Numbered from the stretch's first letter, positions 25,439-35,872 are shown. The stretch: 53,378 nucleotides of DNA from an uncultured Gammaproteobacteria bacterium (GCA_964365275.1 CAYIOW010000001.1:1-53378); one strand, 5' to 3'. Numbers and translations: made by a program. The notes: generated from the sequence alone by a model not told the origin.

Positions 25439-25453
25439 AGTAATTTCATTATT

Positions 25454-25888
25454 TCAGTGCCGAATAATGCCGTCTTCCGTTTCAAAATACTGTTGCCCAG
25501 TTTTCAATCCCTCCAGAACCGCTCGCACTGGCTCAAATAACGGAGAAGGAAGAGCATCTAAACTATACCAACCGATTTCTTCAATCTTCTCCATCTCCAT
25601 AATAGAAGGCTCGCCGGACTCAATTTCTGCTGTGAAAGAGATGTCTAGGTAGTGTTTTCCACCTGTAATCATGTTGAGGCAGGACACAAACTGCAGATTT
25701 CTGATCTTCACCCCCAACTCTTCTTCCGCTTCGCGTCTCACGGCTTCCATTGGTGTTTCTCCAAACTCTACATGACCGCCAATACTTCCCCAACTGCCAC
25801 TTCCATGCGCGCCTTTCCTTTTTGCTAGAAGTGTCATTCCGTCTTTCAAAATTACTACGCCAGCACCCACTTTTGGGTAAAGTTCCAT
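25454..25888 (-). CDS. NUDIX hydrolase
   Basis: Nudix box GGHVEFGETPMEAVRREAEEELG. Confidence 0.85.
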   Translation of the reverse strand: MELYPKVGAGVVILKDGMTLLAKRKGAHGSGSWGSIGGHVEFGETPMEAVRREAEEELGVKIRNLQFVSCLNMITGGKHYLDISFTAEIESGEPSIMEMEKIEEIGWYSLDALPSPLFEPVRAVLEGLKTGQQYFETEDGIIRH

Positions 25889-25894
25889 ATTATT

Positions 25895-26440
25895 TTACTT
25901 TACTAATTCACGCGCCTCCGTGCGCTTTTTATATAGTCGTTCTGTAAATCCGCCTTCTTCCATAAATTGTTTTTCCAATGCTTTGAGCTGTTTGTCAAGT
26001 AAATAACATGCTTGGTGTATTAAACAGATTGCGGTGTTCGCCGCTGATTCTGGATTTTCACAATAGGTCTTATAAGACAAATAGGACCTATTTTCAATGT
26101 AAGCCAGTTTTCGAATCTTCTGTGCTTCAACATATTCCTTCTCCCAAAGCGCTAAACCGCGCTGACGCAAATAATCCTCAAAGTCCAGCAACAATTCCTC
26201 CAAGCTTGCGCGCGCAACTCCAACAAGTTTCAATTCTGTCTTTTTTGATGTGCCGGATGCCTGACATCCTTCCGCAATGTTTTGCCTTCCTGAACGCGCC
26301 GCTTGAACCATTTGGTCCTTCATTCGGTACTCTTTTACAAACTTCTGGCAAAAGTCAGCTGTGAGGTCATAAATTATGGTTGTCGTCTGAAACGACTTCA
26401 GTGTTCGGTAACCACCATGCGAAGGAATAAGTTCAGACAT
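25895..26440 (-). CDS. four-helix-bundle protein (23S rRNA intervening-sequence protein family) with suffix domain
   Basis: Pattern YRTLKSFQTTTIIYDLTADFCQKF ... QMVQAARSGRQNIAEG ... ARASLEELLLDFEDYL is typical of this family. Confidence 0.6.
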   Translation of the reverse strand: MSELIPSHGGYRTLKSFQTTTIIYDLTADFCQKFVKEYRMKDQMVQAARSGRQNIAEGCQASGTSKKTELKLVGVARASLEELLLDFEDYLRQRGLALWEKEYVEAQKIRKLAYIENRSYLSYKTYCENPESAANTAICLIHQACYLLDKQLKALEKQFMEEGGFTERLYKKRTEARELVK

Positions 26441-26473
26441 AGGTCCTATTGGTCATATTTGTCCTATTATACA

Positions 26474-29146
26474 TTATGCTCCGTGGCACTTCTTAAACTT
26501 CTTCCCGCTTCCGCAATGACAAGGGTCGTTGCGGCCGATTTTGGTATTCTGGGCGGCGGCTTGAACATTCAGACCGACTCGTTCGGAAAGAGTTTGCCCG
26601 CTTGCCTGGAGCGACTTCGCGGCTGAAATCGCGTCTGCAATTTTGAAAAAAGAATAAACAATTTGTTTCTGAACTTCGGCAAGCATCTGCTGAAACATCC
26701 TATAACTCTCTTTTTTGTATGCAACGAGGGGGTCGCGCTGGGCGTATCCTTCAAGCCCAACCGCGGAGCGGAGCTTGCGCATCGCGTCTAAATGTTCAAC
26801 CCACAAAGCGTCTATGGAACGAAGAAGCAACTCGCGTTCAAATCTCGCAAGTTCTTTCCTGTCGTCAAATGCTTGTTCAACTTTCCCATACGTCGCGCTA
26901 ACCGCATCATCCAGCGCGGCAGTTATCTCCGTGCGCGCTTTTGCCGCAAGTTCCGCCCGGGGCGCCGCAACTCCATCGTATTTCGCCAAAACAGACAGCG
27001 CCGAGTCCGGAACAACAACCATTGTTTTCGCCGATTCAATAATCTCTTTCACATTCCATTCGGAAGCGTCGCTTGTATGAAATGCCACAATGTTTTCAAT
27101 TTCAGATGTGAAGTGTTCCGCGATAAGCGGACGAATCGCTATTGGGTCCCGTTCAACATCCGTGAAAACAACTTCGCGACGCATGCCATATACCGCCTCG
27201 CGTTGTTTGTTTAACACCGTGTCAAAATCCAAAAGTCGTTTTCTAGTGTCAAAGTTATGCCCTTCAACCCGTTTCTGCGCGCTTTCAATTGATTTACTAA
27301 TCATGCTGTTTTCAATCGGCATATCATCGGGCACTCCCAGGCGCTCCATAAGCCCCTTCATTCGCTCCCCGCCGAAAATTCGCATCAGGTCATCTTCCAA
27401 AGACACAAAGAATCTAGTCCGTCCCGGGTCGCCCTGCCTTCCCGCGCGACCTCGCAACTGGTTGTCAATTCTGCGAGCTTCATGTCTTTCGGTTCCGATA
27501 ACATACAAGCCACCCAATGTTTTCACCTCCTCTTGTTCTTCTTTTGTAGACGGGTTTCCTCCCAAAACAATATCAACCCCGCGACCCGCCATATTCGTCG
27601 CAACCGTAACCGAACCCTTTCGCCCGGCCTGCGCGATAATCTGGCCTTCCCTTTCGTGGTTCTTCGCGTTCAAAACTTCGTGCGGCACGCCGGCTTTTTG
27701 AAGAGCGGCCGACAATTCTTCGTTTTGCTCAATTGAAACCGTGCCGAGTAAAATCGGCTCCCCGAGTTCATGCGCCGCCTTCACTTCTTCAGCGACTGCG
27801 AGCAGTTTCCCGTTGCGGGTTTTATAAATCCTGTCCGGCTCGTCCTTTCTTCCGGAAGCGCGGTTCGTCGGAAGAACAACAACATTAATATCGTACACCG
27901 TCTGAAATTCTTCTTCTTCCGTCTTCGCCGTCCCAGTCATTCCGGAAAGTTTTTCGTACATCCGAAAATAATTCTGAAAAGTAATTGTGCCGAGCGTCTG
28001 GCTTTCGCGCTGAACTTTTACGCCTTCTTTCGCTTCAATCGCTTGATGCAGTCCTTCCGAAAAGCGGCGGCCTTCCATCATACGACCCGTAAATTCGTCA
28101 ACAATCACTATTTCATCTCCGCGCACGACATATTCGCGGTCTTTTTTGTATAAGACCTCGGCGCGCAACGCCTGTTCAAGATGATGCACCATTTTCACTC
28201 CGCCGTCCGCATACAGATTCGCCACACCAAGCCACTCTTCCATTTTTGAAATGCCCGTTTCAGTGAGCGTCGCGGTTTTCATCTTCTCATCTATATTGTA
28301 GTCCGTATCCGCAACCAATCTTGGAACGAGAGTCGCGAAGAGCCGATACATATCGTTTGAGTCCTCCGCCGGCGCAGAGATGATAAGCGGAGTGCGCGCT
28401 TCATCAATCAAAATTGAATCCACTTCGTCAACAATCGCGTAATTTAGCCCGCGTTGTACCATCTGCGCCGGTTCCGACACCATATTATCGCGAAGATAAT
28501 CAAAACCAAACTCGTTGTTCGTGCCATATGTTATATCCGCCTCATACGCTTCGCGGCGCGAAACCTGCCGCAGATACTCGTGTTCCACTTTAAAGGAACC
28601 GGTCAAGTCGCGCACTTCGTCTTCTTTTGGCTCCTCTTTTACCACCGACGGGTCATAAACATAACCGCCCTCGTGTTGAATACAACCGACTGAAAGTCCT
28701 AACGCATAGTGAATTTGTCCCATCCACACTGCGTCGCGTTTCGCCAAATAATCATTCACCGTCACAATATGCACGCCTTTGCCTTCAAGGGCGTTCAAAT
28801 AGGTCGGCAGCGTTGCGGTAAGCGTTTTGCCTTCGCCTGTTCTCATTTCCGCGATGTTTCCAAAATGAAGCGCCATTCCTCCCAGAATCTGAACGGGAAA
28901 ATGAAATTGTCCGAGCGTTCTGCGCGATGCCTCCCGAACTGCCGCAAACGCTTCCGCAAGAATAGAATCCAAACTCTCACCGTTTGACAAACGATTTTTA
29001 AACTCCGTTGTCTTGCTCTTCAGCTCCTCATCGGACAATGACTTGAAGTCGTTTTCAAGCCCTTCAACCGTCTCCGCCTGTTTTTCGTATTGCTTCAAAA
29101 CTCTTTTATTCGCGTCTCCTAAAAATCTATCCAAAAAATGTGCCAT
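26474..29146 (-). CDS. secA: preprotein translocase ATPase SecA
   Basis: 890 aa. Carries the motifs MRTGEGKTL, DEVDSILIDEARTPLIIS and TNMAGRGVDI, plus the C-terminal zinc tail CHCGSGKKFKKCHG. Confidence 0.97.
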   Translation of the reverse strand: MAHFLDRFLGDANKRVLKQYEKQAETVEGLENDFKSLSDEELKSKTTEFKNRLSNGESLDSILAEAFAAVREASRRTLGQFHFPVQILGGMALHFGNIAEMRTGEGKTLTATLPTYLNALEGKGVHIVTVNDYLAKRDAVWMGQIHYALGLSVGCIQHEGGYVYDPSVVKEEPKEDEVRDLTGSFKVEHEYLRQVSRREAYEADITYGTNNEFGFDYLRDNMVSEPAQMVQRGLNYAIVDEVDSILIDEARTPLIISAPAEDSNDMYRLFATLVPRLVADTDYNIDEKMKTATLTETGISKMEEWLGVANLYADGGVKMVHHLEQALRAEVLYKKDREYVVRGDEIVIVDEFTGRMMEGRRFSEGLHQAIEAKEGVKVQRESQTLGTITFQNYFRMYEKLSGMTGTAKTEEEEFQTVYDINVVVLPTNRASGRKDEPDRIYKTRNGKLLAVAEEVKAAHELGEPILLGTVSIEQNEELSAALQKAGVPHEVLNAKNHEREGQIIAQAGRKGSVTVATNMAGRGVDIVLGGNPSTKEEQEEVKTLGGLYVIGTERHEARRIDNQLRGRAGRQGDPGRTRFFVSLEDDLMRIFGGERMKGLMERLGVPDDMPIENSMISKSIESAQKRVEGHNFDTRKRLLDFDTVLNKQREAVYGMRREVVFTDVERDPIAIRPLIAEHFTSEIENIVAFHTSDASEWNVKEIIESAKTMVVVPDSALSVLAKYDGVAAPRAELAAKARTEITAALDDAVSATYGKVEQAFDDRKELARFERELLLRSIDALWVEHLDAMRKLRSAVGLEGYAQRDPLVAYKKESYRMFQQMLAEVQKQIVYSFFKIADAISAAKSLQASGQTLSERVGLNVQAAAQNTKIGRNDPCHCGSGKKFKKCHGA

Positions 29147-29178
29147 ATATGCGGCATAGAATACGAAAAACGCATGGT

Positions 29179-29550
29179 TTAGTCAATCGCTCTTCCAAAC
29201 CTCATCCACTTCTTAAAACTCCTCGCGGCGCGCTTGCCGACGGAGTGTTCGCGCTTTCGCCAGTCAATAATTTGGCGCTTTATTTCTTCCTGCACTTTGT
29301 CAATCGCGGCATATAAATCCTCTTCGCTCGCTGTCGCCCGAAATGTTTGCCCTAAAACCGTTGCGTTGAACTCCGCATAAAACACATCGCCTTTTTGGTG
29401 ATGCTCGGACGGCTTTCCCACTTCAATGCTTATCCCCGCCGGCTGAAGTCGTTTTACAATCTTTGCAAGACGCGTCACCTTTTCGCCAATGTATTCGCTG
29501 ATTGATTCCGTGAGTTCAATATTCACTCCTTGGAGTTTTTCTATTTTCAT
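29179..29550 (-). CDS. hpf: ribosome hibernation promoting factor / RaiA family
   Basis: 123 aa. Shows the S30AE-type N-terminal pattern (NIELTESISEYIGEKV) and lies upstream of secA, its usual neighbour. Confidence 0.8.
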   Translation of the reverse strand: MKIEKLQGVNIELTESISEYIGEKVTRLAKIVKRLQPAGISIEVGKPSEHHQKGDVFYAEFNATVLGQTFRATASEEDLYAAIDKVQEEIKRQIIDWRKREHSVGKRAARSFKKWMRFGRAID

Positions 29551-29561
29551 ACTTACACATT

Positions 29562-30548
29562 TTATATGATTTGTATCTCCTCTTCAAGTTGAACACCTGT
29601 TTCGTTGCGGACGCGGGTTTTAAGGAGGGCGATGAGTTGAAGAATATGGTCTGCGGTAGCGGTGCCGTCGTTCACGATGAAGTTACCGTGAATGTTTGAC
29701 ACTCTCGCGCCGCCGATTGTCGTACCTTTGAGTTCAAGCCGGTCAATGATCCATCCGGCTGGAATGCGATGCGCGTTCAAAAACGCTTGCGGAATATTCG
29801 GAAACCTCGTTTTTAGTTTCACAATGTCATCTTCTGTTTTGAAATTGAAATTCTTGAATGCGCAACCGGCGCATTTTTCGTTTTTCGGTTGTGACTCCAA
29901 ACGCTTCTTCAGTATCTCGTTTAATTTTGCGCGACAAACTTCCGGTTCGGTTTTTTGTAATTGAAAAGTTGCCGAAAGCACAATCCACGGCTTGTGTTTT
30001 ACCGCGGACTCGCGATAAGCGAACTCCATATCGTTTGATGATAGTGTTGATACCTCTTCCGACTCGGTGTCCAATACTTCGGCAGAAACAAAGCTGTCTT
30101 TCACTTCTCCGTCAAAACACCCCGCGTTCCCTCTGACTGCGCCGCCAATCGTCCCCGGAAGCGAAATCATCCATTCCAATCCTGAAAGCCCGGCGTCTGC
30201 CGTCTGTCGCGCAAGCATTGTTGGAGTCGCGCCCGCGTCTGCCGTAACAATGCAAGATGATATATCGTTTACGATTTCACGATTTGTCATCTTGATAACA
30301 AGCCCGCGAAACCCATCGTCCTTCACGAGCGTATTCGTCCCGCCTCCGAGTAAAAAGAATGACATCTTGTGTTTCTTCGCGAGAGAGATGAGCGTAGCAA
30401 TCTCGTCCGCAGTTTTTGCTTCAACAAAATAATCCGCCGGTCCGCCCAAACCAAAGTGGGTGTGCGAAGACAAGGGCTCCGCCGTTTTTACACGACCGGG
30501 AGCGACCGCGTTAAGCGCTTCAAGAAAATTGTCGGTTTCGGTGTTCAT
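29562..30548 (-). CDS. murB: UDP-N-acetylenolpyruvoylglucosamine reductase
   Basis: FAD-binding block THFGLGGPADYF...FLLGGGTNTL and the C-terminal MurB block GCAFKN...AGWIID. Confidence 0.9.
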   Translation of the reverse strand: MNTETDNFLEALNAVAPGRVKTAEPLSSHTHFGLGGPADYFVEAKTADEIATLISLAKKHKMSFFLLGGGTNTLVKDDGFRGLVIKMTNREIVNDISSCIVTADAGATPTMLARQTADAGLSGLEWMISLPGTIGGAVRGNAGCFDGEVKDSFVSAEVLDTESEEVSTLSSNDMEFAYRESAVKHKPWIVLSATFQLQKTEPEVCRAKLNEILKKRLESQPKNEKCAGCAFKNFNFKTEDDIVKLKTRFPNIPQAFLNAHRIPAGWIIDRLELKGTTIGGARVSNIHGNFIVNDGTATADHILQLIALLKTRVRNETGVQLEEEIQII

Positions 30549-30556
30549 AAATTGTC

Positions 30557-30590
30557 ATACCCCTCCTTGCCTCCCCTATTTAGGGGAGGG
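30557..30590. repeat. family-C element CATACCCCTCCTTGC-CTCCCCTATTTAGGGGAGG(G)
   Basis: Contains the hairpin CCTCCCCTA-TT-TAGGGGAGG. It supplies the last four codons and the stop of murC, and lies 9 nt upstream of the murB start. Confidence 0.85.
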
Positions 30591-31982
30591 AATCCTGCTC
30601 TTTACCAAACCGCGAGCCCACTCGTCTATGTTACCCGCACCGGCCATTAATAATATATCGCCGTCCTTCACTATCGTTTCCAGCATACCGCGAGCATCGT
30701 CCAATGACTTCGCGTATTCAACGATACGGTTCACGCCTCGCTTTTTATCGTGCTCGCGAACTGCGTCCACGAGATCTTGACTAGACACATCACCTTCGTC
30801 AATTTTACGACCTTCCACTGCGTATATTTCGGAAATAACAACTGCGTCCGCGTCGTTCATAGAAGGAATGAAATCCGCAAAGAGCCCTTTGGTCCTCGCA
30901 TGTTGATGCGGCTCAAAAAACAAAATGATTCGTCTATTCGGAAGAAAACTTCGCGTGCCCTCCAAAAGTCCCGCGACCGACATCGGATTGTGCGCGTAGT
31001 CGGAATACATATCGGCGCCGTGCCACACGCCCAGATATTCAAATCGCCTCCAAAGTCCAGGAAAACTTTCAACGGCTCGCTTCGTGTCGGCAAATGACAC
31101 ACCCAGCGGTATACAAACCGACATTGCCGCCAAAACATTTTGAACATTATGTTCGCCCGGCATTCTTAAATCTATGTCGCCAAGTTCCTCTCCTTTGTAT
31201 TTTATGCGTAATTTTTGCAACCCGCTTTCTCGTTCCGTCACAGCCGACATATCGCCCTCCCAGCCGAACGAGACCCTGGCAAAAGACATGTCGTTCAGTT
31301 GACTGACCATCGTCTCTGACTCTATATCGTCCGCGTTCCAAACGAGTGTGCCGTCATTTGGCAAAGATATTGCAAATTTCTTCATGGCATCTCTTACCGC
31401 GCCAACATCTTTATAGAAGTCCGGATGGTCGTGCGCAATGTTTGTAACGACGGCAATGGTCGGTTGGATATGAAGCATATGCGCCATATGCTCACACGCT
31501 TCAACCACGAATAAATCATCTTTGCCGTTTTCCAAATTGCCGTAAGAGAACGCCGGAGATTTTGAACCCACGATAACTGTTGGCGCAAGACCCGCGGTTT
31601 TCAAAATATGGCCAATCAGCGCCGTGGTTGTTGACTTCCCCTTCGTGCCGGTTATCGCAATCGTTTTATGTCCATTTGTAAGTTCGCCTAAAAAGGCGTT
31701 GTAAGATATTTCAAGCGCTCCTAAATGTCGTCCTCGTATCCGTTCCTCATTATCTTCCGAAACCGCCGCAGAATAGATTACGAGTTCAATGTCCTTACCC
31801 ATTTTGTCAGGATGCGTGCCATACCATATCTGCACTCCCACTTTTTTTACCTCTTGCGTTATTTCACTCTCCTTCGCATCCGACCCAGAAACCGAAACCC
31901 CGCGAAGTTTCAAATACTTCGCCACAGCGGAAACGCCAATCCCGCCGACACCGATACAATGCACTCGTTTTGGAAAAACCAT
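30576..31982 (-). CDS. murC: UDP-N-acetylmuramate--L-alanine ligase
   Basis: Carries VHCIGVGGIGVSAVA (Rossmann N-terminus), the ATP site GTKGKSTT and other Mur ligase blocks. Start at ATG 31982; the ORF track extends to 32018. Confidence 0.9.
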   Translation of the reverse strand: MVFPKRVHCIGVGGIGVSAVAKYLKLRGVSVSGSDAKESEITQEVKKVGVQIWYGTHPDKMGKDIELVIYSAAVSEDNEERIRGRHLGALEISYNAFLGELTNGHKTIAITGTKGKSTTTALIGHILKTAGLAPTVIVGSKSPAFSYGNLENGKDDLFVVEACEHMAHMLHIQPTIAVVTNIAHDHPDFYKDVGAVRDAMKKFAISLPNDGTLVWNADDIESETMVSQLNDMSFARVSFGWEGDMSAVTERESGLQKLRIKYKGEELGDIDLRMPGEHNVQNVLAAMSVCIPLGVSFADTKRAVESFPGLWRRFEYLGVWHGADMYSDYAHNPMSVAGLLEGTRSFLPNRRIILFFEPHQHARTKGLFADFIPSMNDADAVVISEIYAVEGRKIDEGDVSSQDLVDAVREHDKKRGVNRIVEYAKSLDDARGMLETIVKDGDILLMAGAGNIDEWARGLVKSRIPSPK

Positions 31983-32046
31983 TTGGGTCTTTGACGATAG
32001 TAGCGAAAAACGATACAAAAATCAAAAAAATAATATGCTGCGCAAA

Positions 32047-32084
32047 GTGACCACTTTTTTCGTAGGTACGGAAAAAGTGGTCAC
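32047..32084. repeat. palindromic element, family A (third copy, inverted centre)
   Basis: GTGACCACTTTTTTCGTA-GG-TACGGAAAAAGTGGTCAC with one arm mismatch. Lies in the divergent region between murC and glyA. Confidence 0.85.
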
Positions 32085-32192
32085 TTTCTATTTATCGTTT
32101 TTTTATATCAGTACCGTTTATTCCCCACTTTATATAAGACCAGATACATGGTTTTGTCTTTTAGTTCTTCTTTACGGTAGAATGCCCGCATT

Positions 32193-33455
32193 ATGCAACA
32201 TCTTCAAAACTATGACCCGACGCTCGCCGCCTCTTTGGAACGGGAGCTCAAGCGACAGAGAGAAGGACTGGAAATGATTCCATCCGAGAATTTTGTGTCG
32301 CTAGCCGTTTTGGAAGCGCTTGGCAGTGTTGCAACAAATAAATATTCCGAGGGGTATCCAGGGAAACGCTATTATGGCGGATGCCGTTTTATAGACGAAG
32401 TGGAACGGCTCGCAATTGACCGCGCGAAACAACTTTTTGGAGCAGAACATATAAATGTTCAGCCGTTATCCGGAGCGCCCGCGAATATGGCGGCGTATGC
32501 GGCTCTGCTTGAACCCGGCGATACCGTGCTTGGAATGGACCTGTCGCATGGCGGACATTTAACGCACGGGCATCCGGTAACCGTGATGGCGAAAATATAT
32601 AACTTCGTCCGTTACAAAACAAATTCGGAAGGACGATTGGACTTGGACAATCTTCACACCATGGCGCTTGAACACAAACCAAAATTAATCCTCGTCGGAT
32701 ACAGTTCATACACTCGCGAAATTGATTATGAAGCCGTGAAAAAAATCGCCGACGAAGTGGGCGCCAAAACCATGGCAGATATCGCGCACCCTGCAGGACT
32801 AATCGCGGCAGGCGTTATGAACTCGCCAGTGCCTCACTTTGACCTCGTTACAACGACAACTCACAAAACACTGCGGGGCCCTCGCGGAGGAATGATTATG
32901 TGCAAAGAAGAATTTGCAAAAGCGGTTGACAAAGCGGTGTTCCCGGGACTTCAAGGCGGCCCGCATGAAAATGTAATCGCCGCAAAAGCCGTCGCATTCA
33001 AAGAAGCGCTTGAACCGTCGTTTAATGAATACGCGACGCAAATTAAAGCGAACGCGAAAGTGTTGGAGGAAGAATTTTCAAAACGAGGCTATCGTCTTCT
33101 GTTCGGTGGAACAGACAATCATATGTTGCTAATTGATGTTACGCAGAAAGGAGCGTCTGGGAAGGAAGCGGAAGCGGCGCTTGATAAAGCCGCGATTACG
33201 GTAAACAAAAATATGATTCCGGATGATGCGCGTTCGCCGATGGACCCGTCTGGAATACGCCTCGGAACCCCGGCAATTACGACTCGCGGCATGAAGGAAA
33301 CCGAAATGCGCCAAATAGCCGATTGGATTGACCGGGCGATCGCCGGCAAAAACGATGATGAGACGCTGTCTTTAATCCGTTCCGAAGTGCTGGCGCTGAC
33401 TTCGCGTTTTCCATTGTATAAAGATTTGTCGTATTCAAATGACCAAGCTGATTGA
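32193..33455 (+). CDS. glyA: serine hydroxymethyltransferase
   Basis: 420 aa. The motif TTTTHKTLRGPRGG contains the PLP lysine. Confidence 0.97.
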   Translation: MQHLQNYDPTLAASLERELKRQREGLEMIPSENFVSLAVLEALGSVATNKYSEGYPGKRYYGGCRFIDEVERLAIDRAKQLFGAEHINVQPLSGAPANMAAYAALLEPGDTVLGMDLSHGGHLTHGHPVTVMAKIYNFVRYKTNSEGRLDLDNLHTMALEHKPKLILVGYSSYTREIDYEAVKKIADEVGAKTMADIAHPAGLIAAGVMNSPVPHFDLVTTTTHKTLRGPRGGMIMCKEEFAKAVDKAVFPGLQGGPHENVIAAKAVAFKEALEPSFNEYATQIKANAKVLEEEFSKRGYRLLFGGTDNHMLLIDVTQKGASGKEAEAALDKAAITVNKNMIPDDARSPMDPSGIRLGTPAITTRGMKETEMRQIADWIDRAIAGKNDDETLSLIRSEVLALTSRFPLYKDLSYSNDQAD

Positions 33456-34245
33456 AGGTAAATCTATCGCCTACAGAATTGAGCGGTCGGTAAAAGAAGA
33501 AATAGAAACGCGAGGTATCCGTCCGGGTCTTGCCGCTGTTTTGGTTGGCGACGACCCCGCATCGCATATTTATGTGCGACTGAAAGAATCTGCTGCGGCG
33601 CGCGTAGGTATATATTTTGAGCGAATTCATCTCCCCGAGAACACGACACAAGATGAACTCTCCGAAATAATTTCAGGTTTGAACAATCGCTCCGATATAC
33701 ATGCGATTCTTCTACAGCTTCCTTTACCCGCGCATATGAACGAAGACGACGCAATACGAACAATCGCAACTGAAAAAGATGTTGACGGTTTTCACCCTTC
33801 AAACGAAAAAATAGCGCCGGTTCTTCCTTCGGCTATTGTTGAATTAATCCGCGCGACAAATGCCGAATTGTCAGGAATGAAACTTCTTGTCGTTGCAAAC
33901 AATCCAAAATTGCTTTCGGCGCCGCTTGCGACAATGCTCTGCAGTGACAATATTAGCGTTGAAAACATATCGCCGGATGACGCATTATTGATAAACAAAA
34001 CGCGCGATTGCAATATTCTCGTCGTCGCCGTCGGAAGACCGCGGTTTATATTGCCGGAAATGATAAAAGCGGGCGCGATTTTAATTGATGTCGGCATAAA
34101 CAAAACCGCCGATGGCATAGTCGGCGACATTGACCCCGCATGCGATTCCGTTTGCTCTTACCGTTCTCCGGTGCCGGGAGGAATTGGACCCGTAACAGTT
34201 GCTACGGTAATGCGCAACACGGTTGTGTGCTTCAATAATAAGTAA
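33439..34245 (+). CDS. folD: bifunctional 5,10-methylene-THF dehydrogenase / cyclohydrolase
   Basis: Carries PGLAAVLVGDDPAS.IYV, DVDGFHP and PVPGGIGPVT. Overlaps the end of glyA by 17 nt. Confidence 0.9.
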   Translation: MTKLIEGKSIAYRIERSVKEEIETRGIRPGLAAVLVGDDPASHIYVRLKESAAARVGIYFERIHLPENTTQDELSEIISGLNNRSDIHAILLQLPLPAHMNEDDAIRTIATEKDVDGFHPSNEKIAPVLPSAIVELIRATNAELSGMKLLVVANNPKLLSAPLATMLCSDNISVENISPDDALLINKTRDCNILVVAVGRPRFILPEMIKAGAILIDVGINKTADGIVGDIDPACDSVCSYRSPVPGGIGPVTVATVMRNTVVCFNNK

Positions 34246-34257
34246 AATAATAACAAG

Positions 34258-34668
34258 TCATTTCGCGTTCAACAACAAGTCGGGACTTGCAAGTTTCGGA
34301 GCCGGCTTTGTCGTTATATACGCCGCTGTAAACAATGCGGCCGCGGTCAGTCCGTATCCGGTGAAAGAAACCGCGCCGATATCCGACAGTGAACCCTTCA
34401 TCCATAACAAAAGTAGCGCGATGTCAAATATAACTATAAATCCGACCCATACCGCAATCGCTTCAATGCGCTGTCTCCACGAAATCTCGCGAACAGCTTT
34501 GAAATATAGCCAACCAAACAGAAAAACGATTAACGGCACGAGAACAACAACCGAAAGAGCGAGACGACCGTCGTTTAGAGCGCGGGCGGCATAAACGAAA
34601 AACAACGCGACAGCAAGCCCTGATATGTATCCTCCAAGAACGCATAGAAAGAATCTTATGTGTTTCAT
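34258..34668 (-). CDS. hypothetical membrane protein (4 TM)
   Basis: A hydrophobic 136-aa ORF whose start overlaps the permease stop by 4 nt. Confidence 0.5.
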   Translation of the reverse strand: MKHIRFFLCVLGGYISGLAVALFFVYAARALNDGRLALSVVVLVPLIVFLFGWLYFKAVREISWRQRIEAIAVWVGFIVIFDIALLLLWMKGSLSDIGAVSFTGYGLTAAALFTAAYITTKPAPKLASPDLLLNAK

Positions 34669-35831
34669 ATGGCGTTTGCAATTATTGAAGCAACTTCAAG
34701 AATCGCTCCAAGAACAAACACGATTATCATAAGCAAAGCGACAGGTGTTTTTACTTGCGAACACAAACTTCCGGCGGTCGCCTTTGTTTTGGCGCAAACT
34801 TTTATGTACATAAAAACGGTAAGCGCCGCAATCGCTCCGCCGAATACCGCGCCAGTGAATGATATTACATGAACGAAGTTTTCAACTCCCGATACAAGAA
34901 TCAGAGCCGGCACGGCGAGCGTAAGGAACCAGCCGAGCAGTTTTGTAAACCCGAGGTCGTATTCAAACGACTCATTCAGTTCCTTAAAAACAAGCAGAAA
35001 ACTTGTTGACACCGCAAGAAAACCCATAAGCGCGCCCAAAATCACAATCCACGAACCGAACGCGTATCCCAATCCGACAATCGCTTCCGGCGTTGTTGCG
35101 TTTCCGGTGGCGCCGACCACACCGAATGCAAACGCGGCGTAAAGCAAAACTATAATCGCGGTGCCAAAGCATAAGATGCGGCGAAGGTCGCTCTTGTACC
35201 TTCCAAGAATGTCTTTCATTTGCGGTATCACGCCCTGCCCCATCAGCGCGAACATCACGACGCCATACGGAAGAAGTGCGTTTTTCGGAACAAAGCCGAG
35301 CAAATTGTTAACATCAACCGAAATGGCGCCGCGCGCGCTTATCAGCAACATCGTCAATACCAGAGCCGCAACCAACAACATCTCGGCTTCGGAGATTATC
35401 TTCAACCCTCCGAAACCGAAGAAACATCCGAAAATCAAAAACACCATTTGATACAAAAACACATCACCGCCGAATGTCGGCGATAGAAGAGAAAACATAA
35501 ACTGCCCGCCAACCAAAGTGTAAGCGACTAACGCGCCCCATATTGAAAAAAGAGAAAGCGCGGCGGCAAAATATCCGAAACGATTTCCTAAAATTCGTTT
35601 TACATATCCGACGAATCTGTGGCGGCCCGGAATTCCGGATACGACTTCACCGTACATTAGATTTAACGAAACAATCACAATGCCCAAAAACGCCAAATAT
35701 GCCATACCGACAAAAAACCCCGATTGCGCAAAAGCGTACGGGATTCCAAAAACACCCACTCCGATAACATATCCGAGATATGATTGCCCCGCCAAAATAT
35801 TCGCAAGGTTTCTTTTTGTGAAACGAGCCAT
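34665..35831 (-). CDS. amino-acid permease-like transporter (APC/Aa_trans-type)
   Basis: About 11 TM helices. The N-terminus (GQSYLGYVIGVGVFGIPYAFAQSG) is typical of amino-acid/aromatic permeases. Start at ATG 35831, preceded by GGAGG. Confidence 0.7.
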   Translation of the reverse strand: MARFTKRNLANILAGQSYLGYVIGVGVFGIPYAFAQSGFFVGMAYLAFLGIVIVSLNLMYGEVVSGIPGRHRFVGYVKRILGNRFGYFAAALSLFSIWGALVAYTLVGGQFMFSLLSPTFGGDVFLYQMVFLIFGCFFGFGGLKIISEAEMLLVAALVLTMLLISARGAISVDVNNLLGFVPKNALLPYGVVMFALMGQGVIPQMKDILGRYKSDLRRILCFGTAIIVLLYAAFAFGVVGATGNATTPEAIVGLGYAFGSWIVILGALMGFLAVSTSFLLVFKELNESFEYDLGFTKLLGWFLTLAVPALILVSGVENFVHVISFTGAVFGGAIAALTVFMYIKVCAKTKATAGSLCSQVKTPVALLMIIVFVLGAILEVASIIANAI

Positions 35832-35872
35832 TTGTTTTTCCTCCAAGAATATGAAAAGTATACCATAGATGA

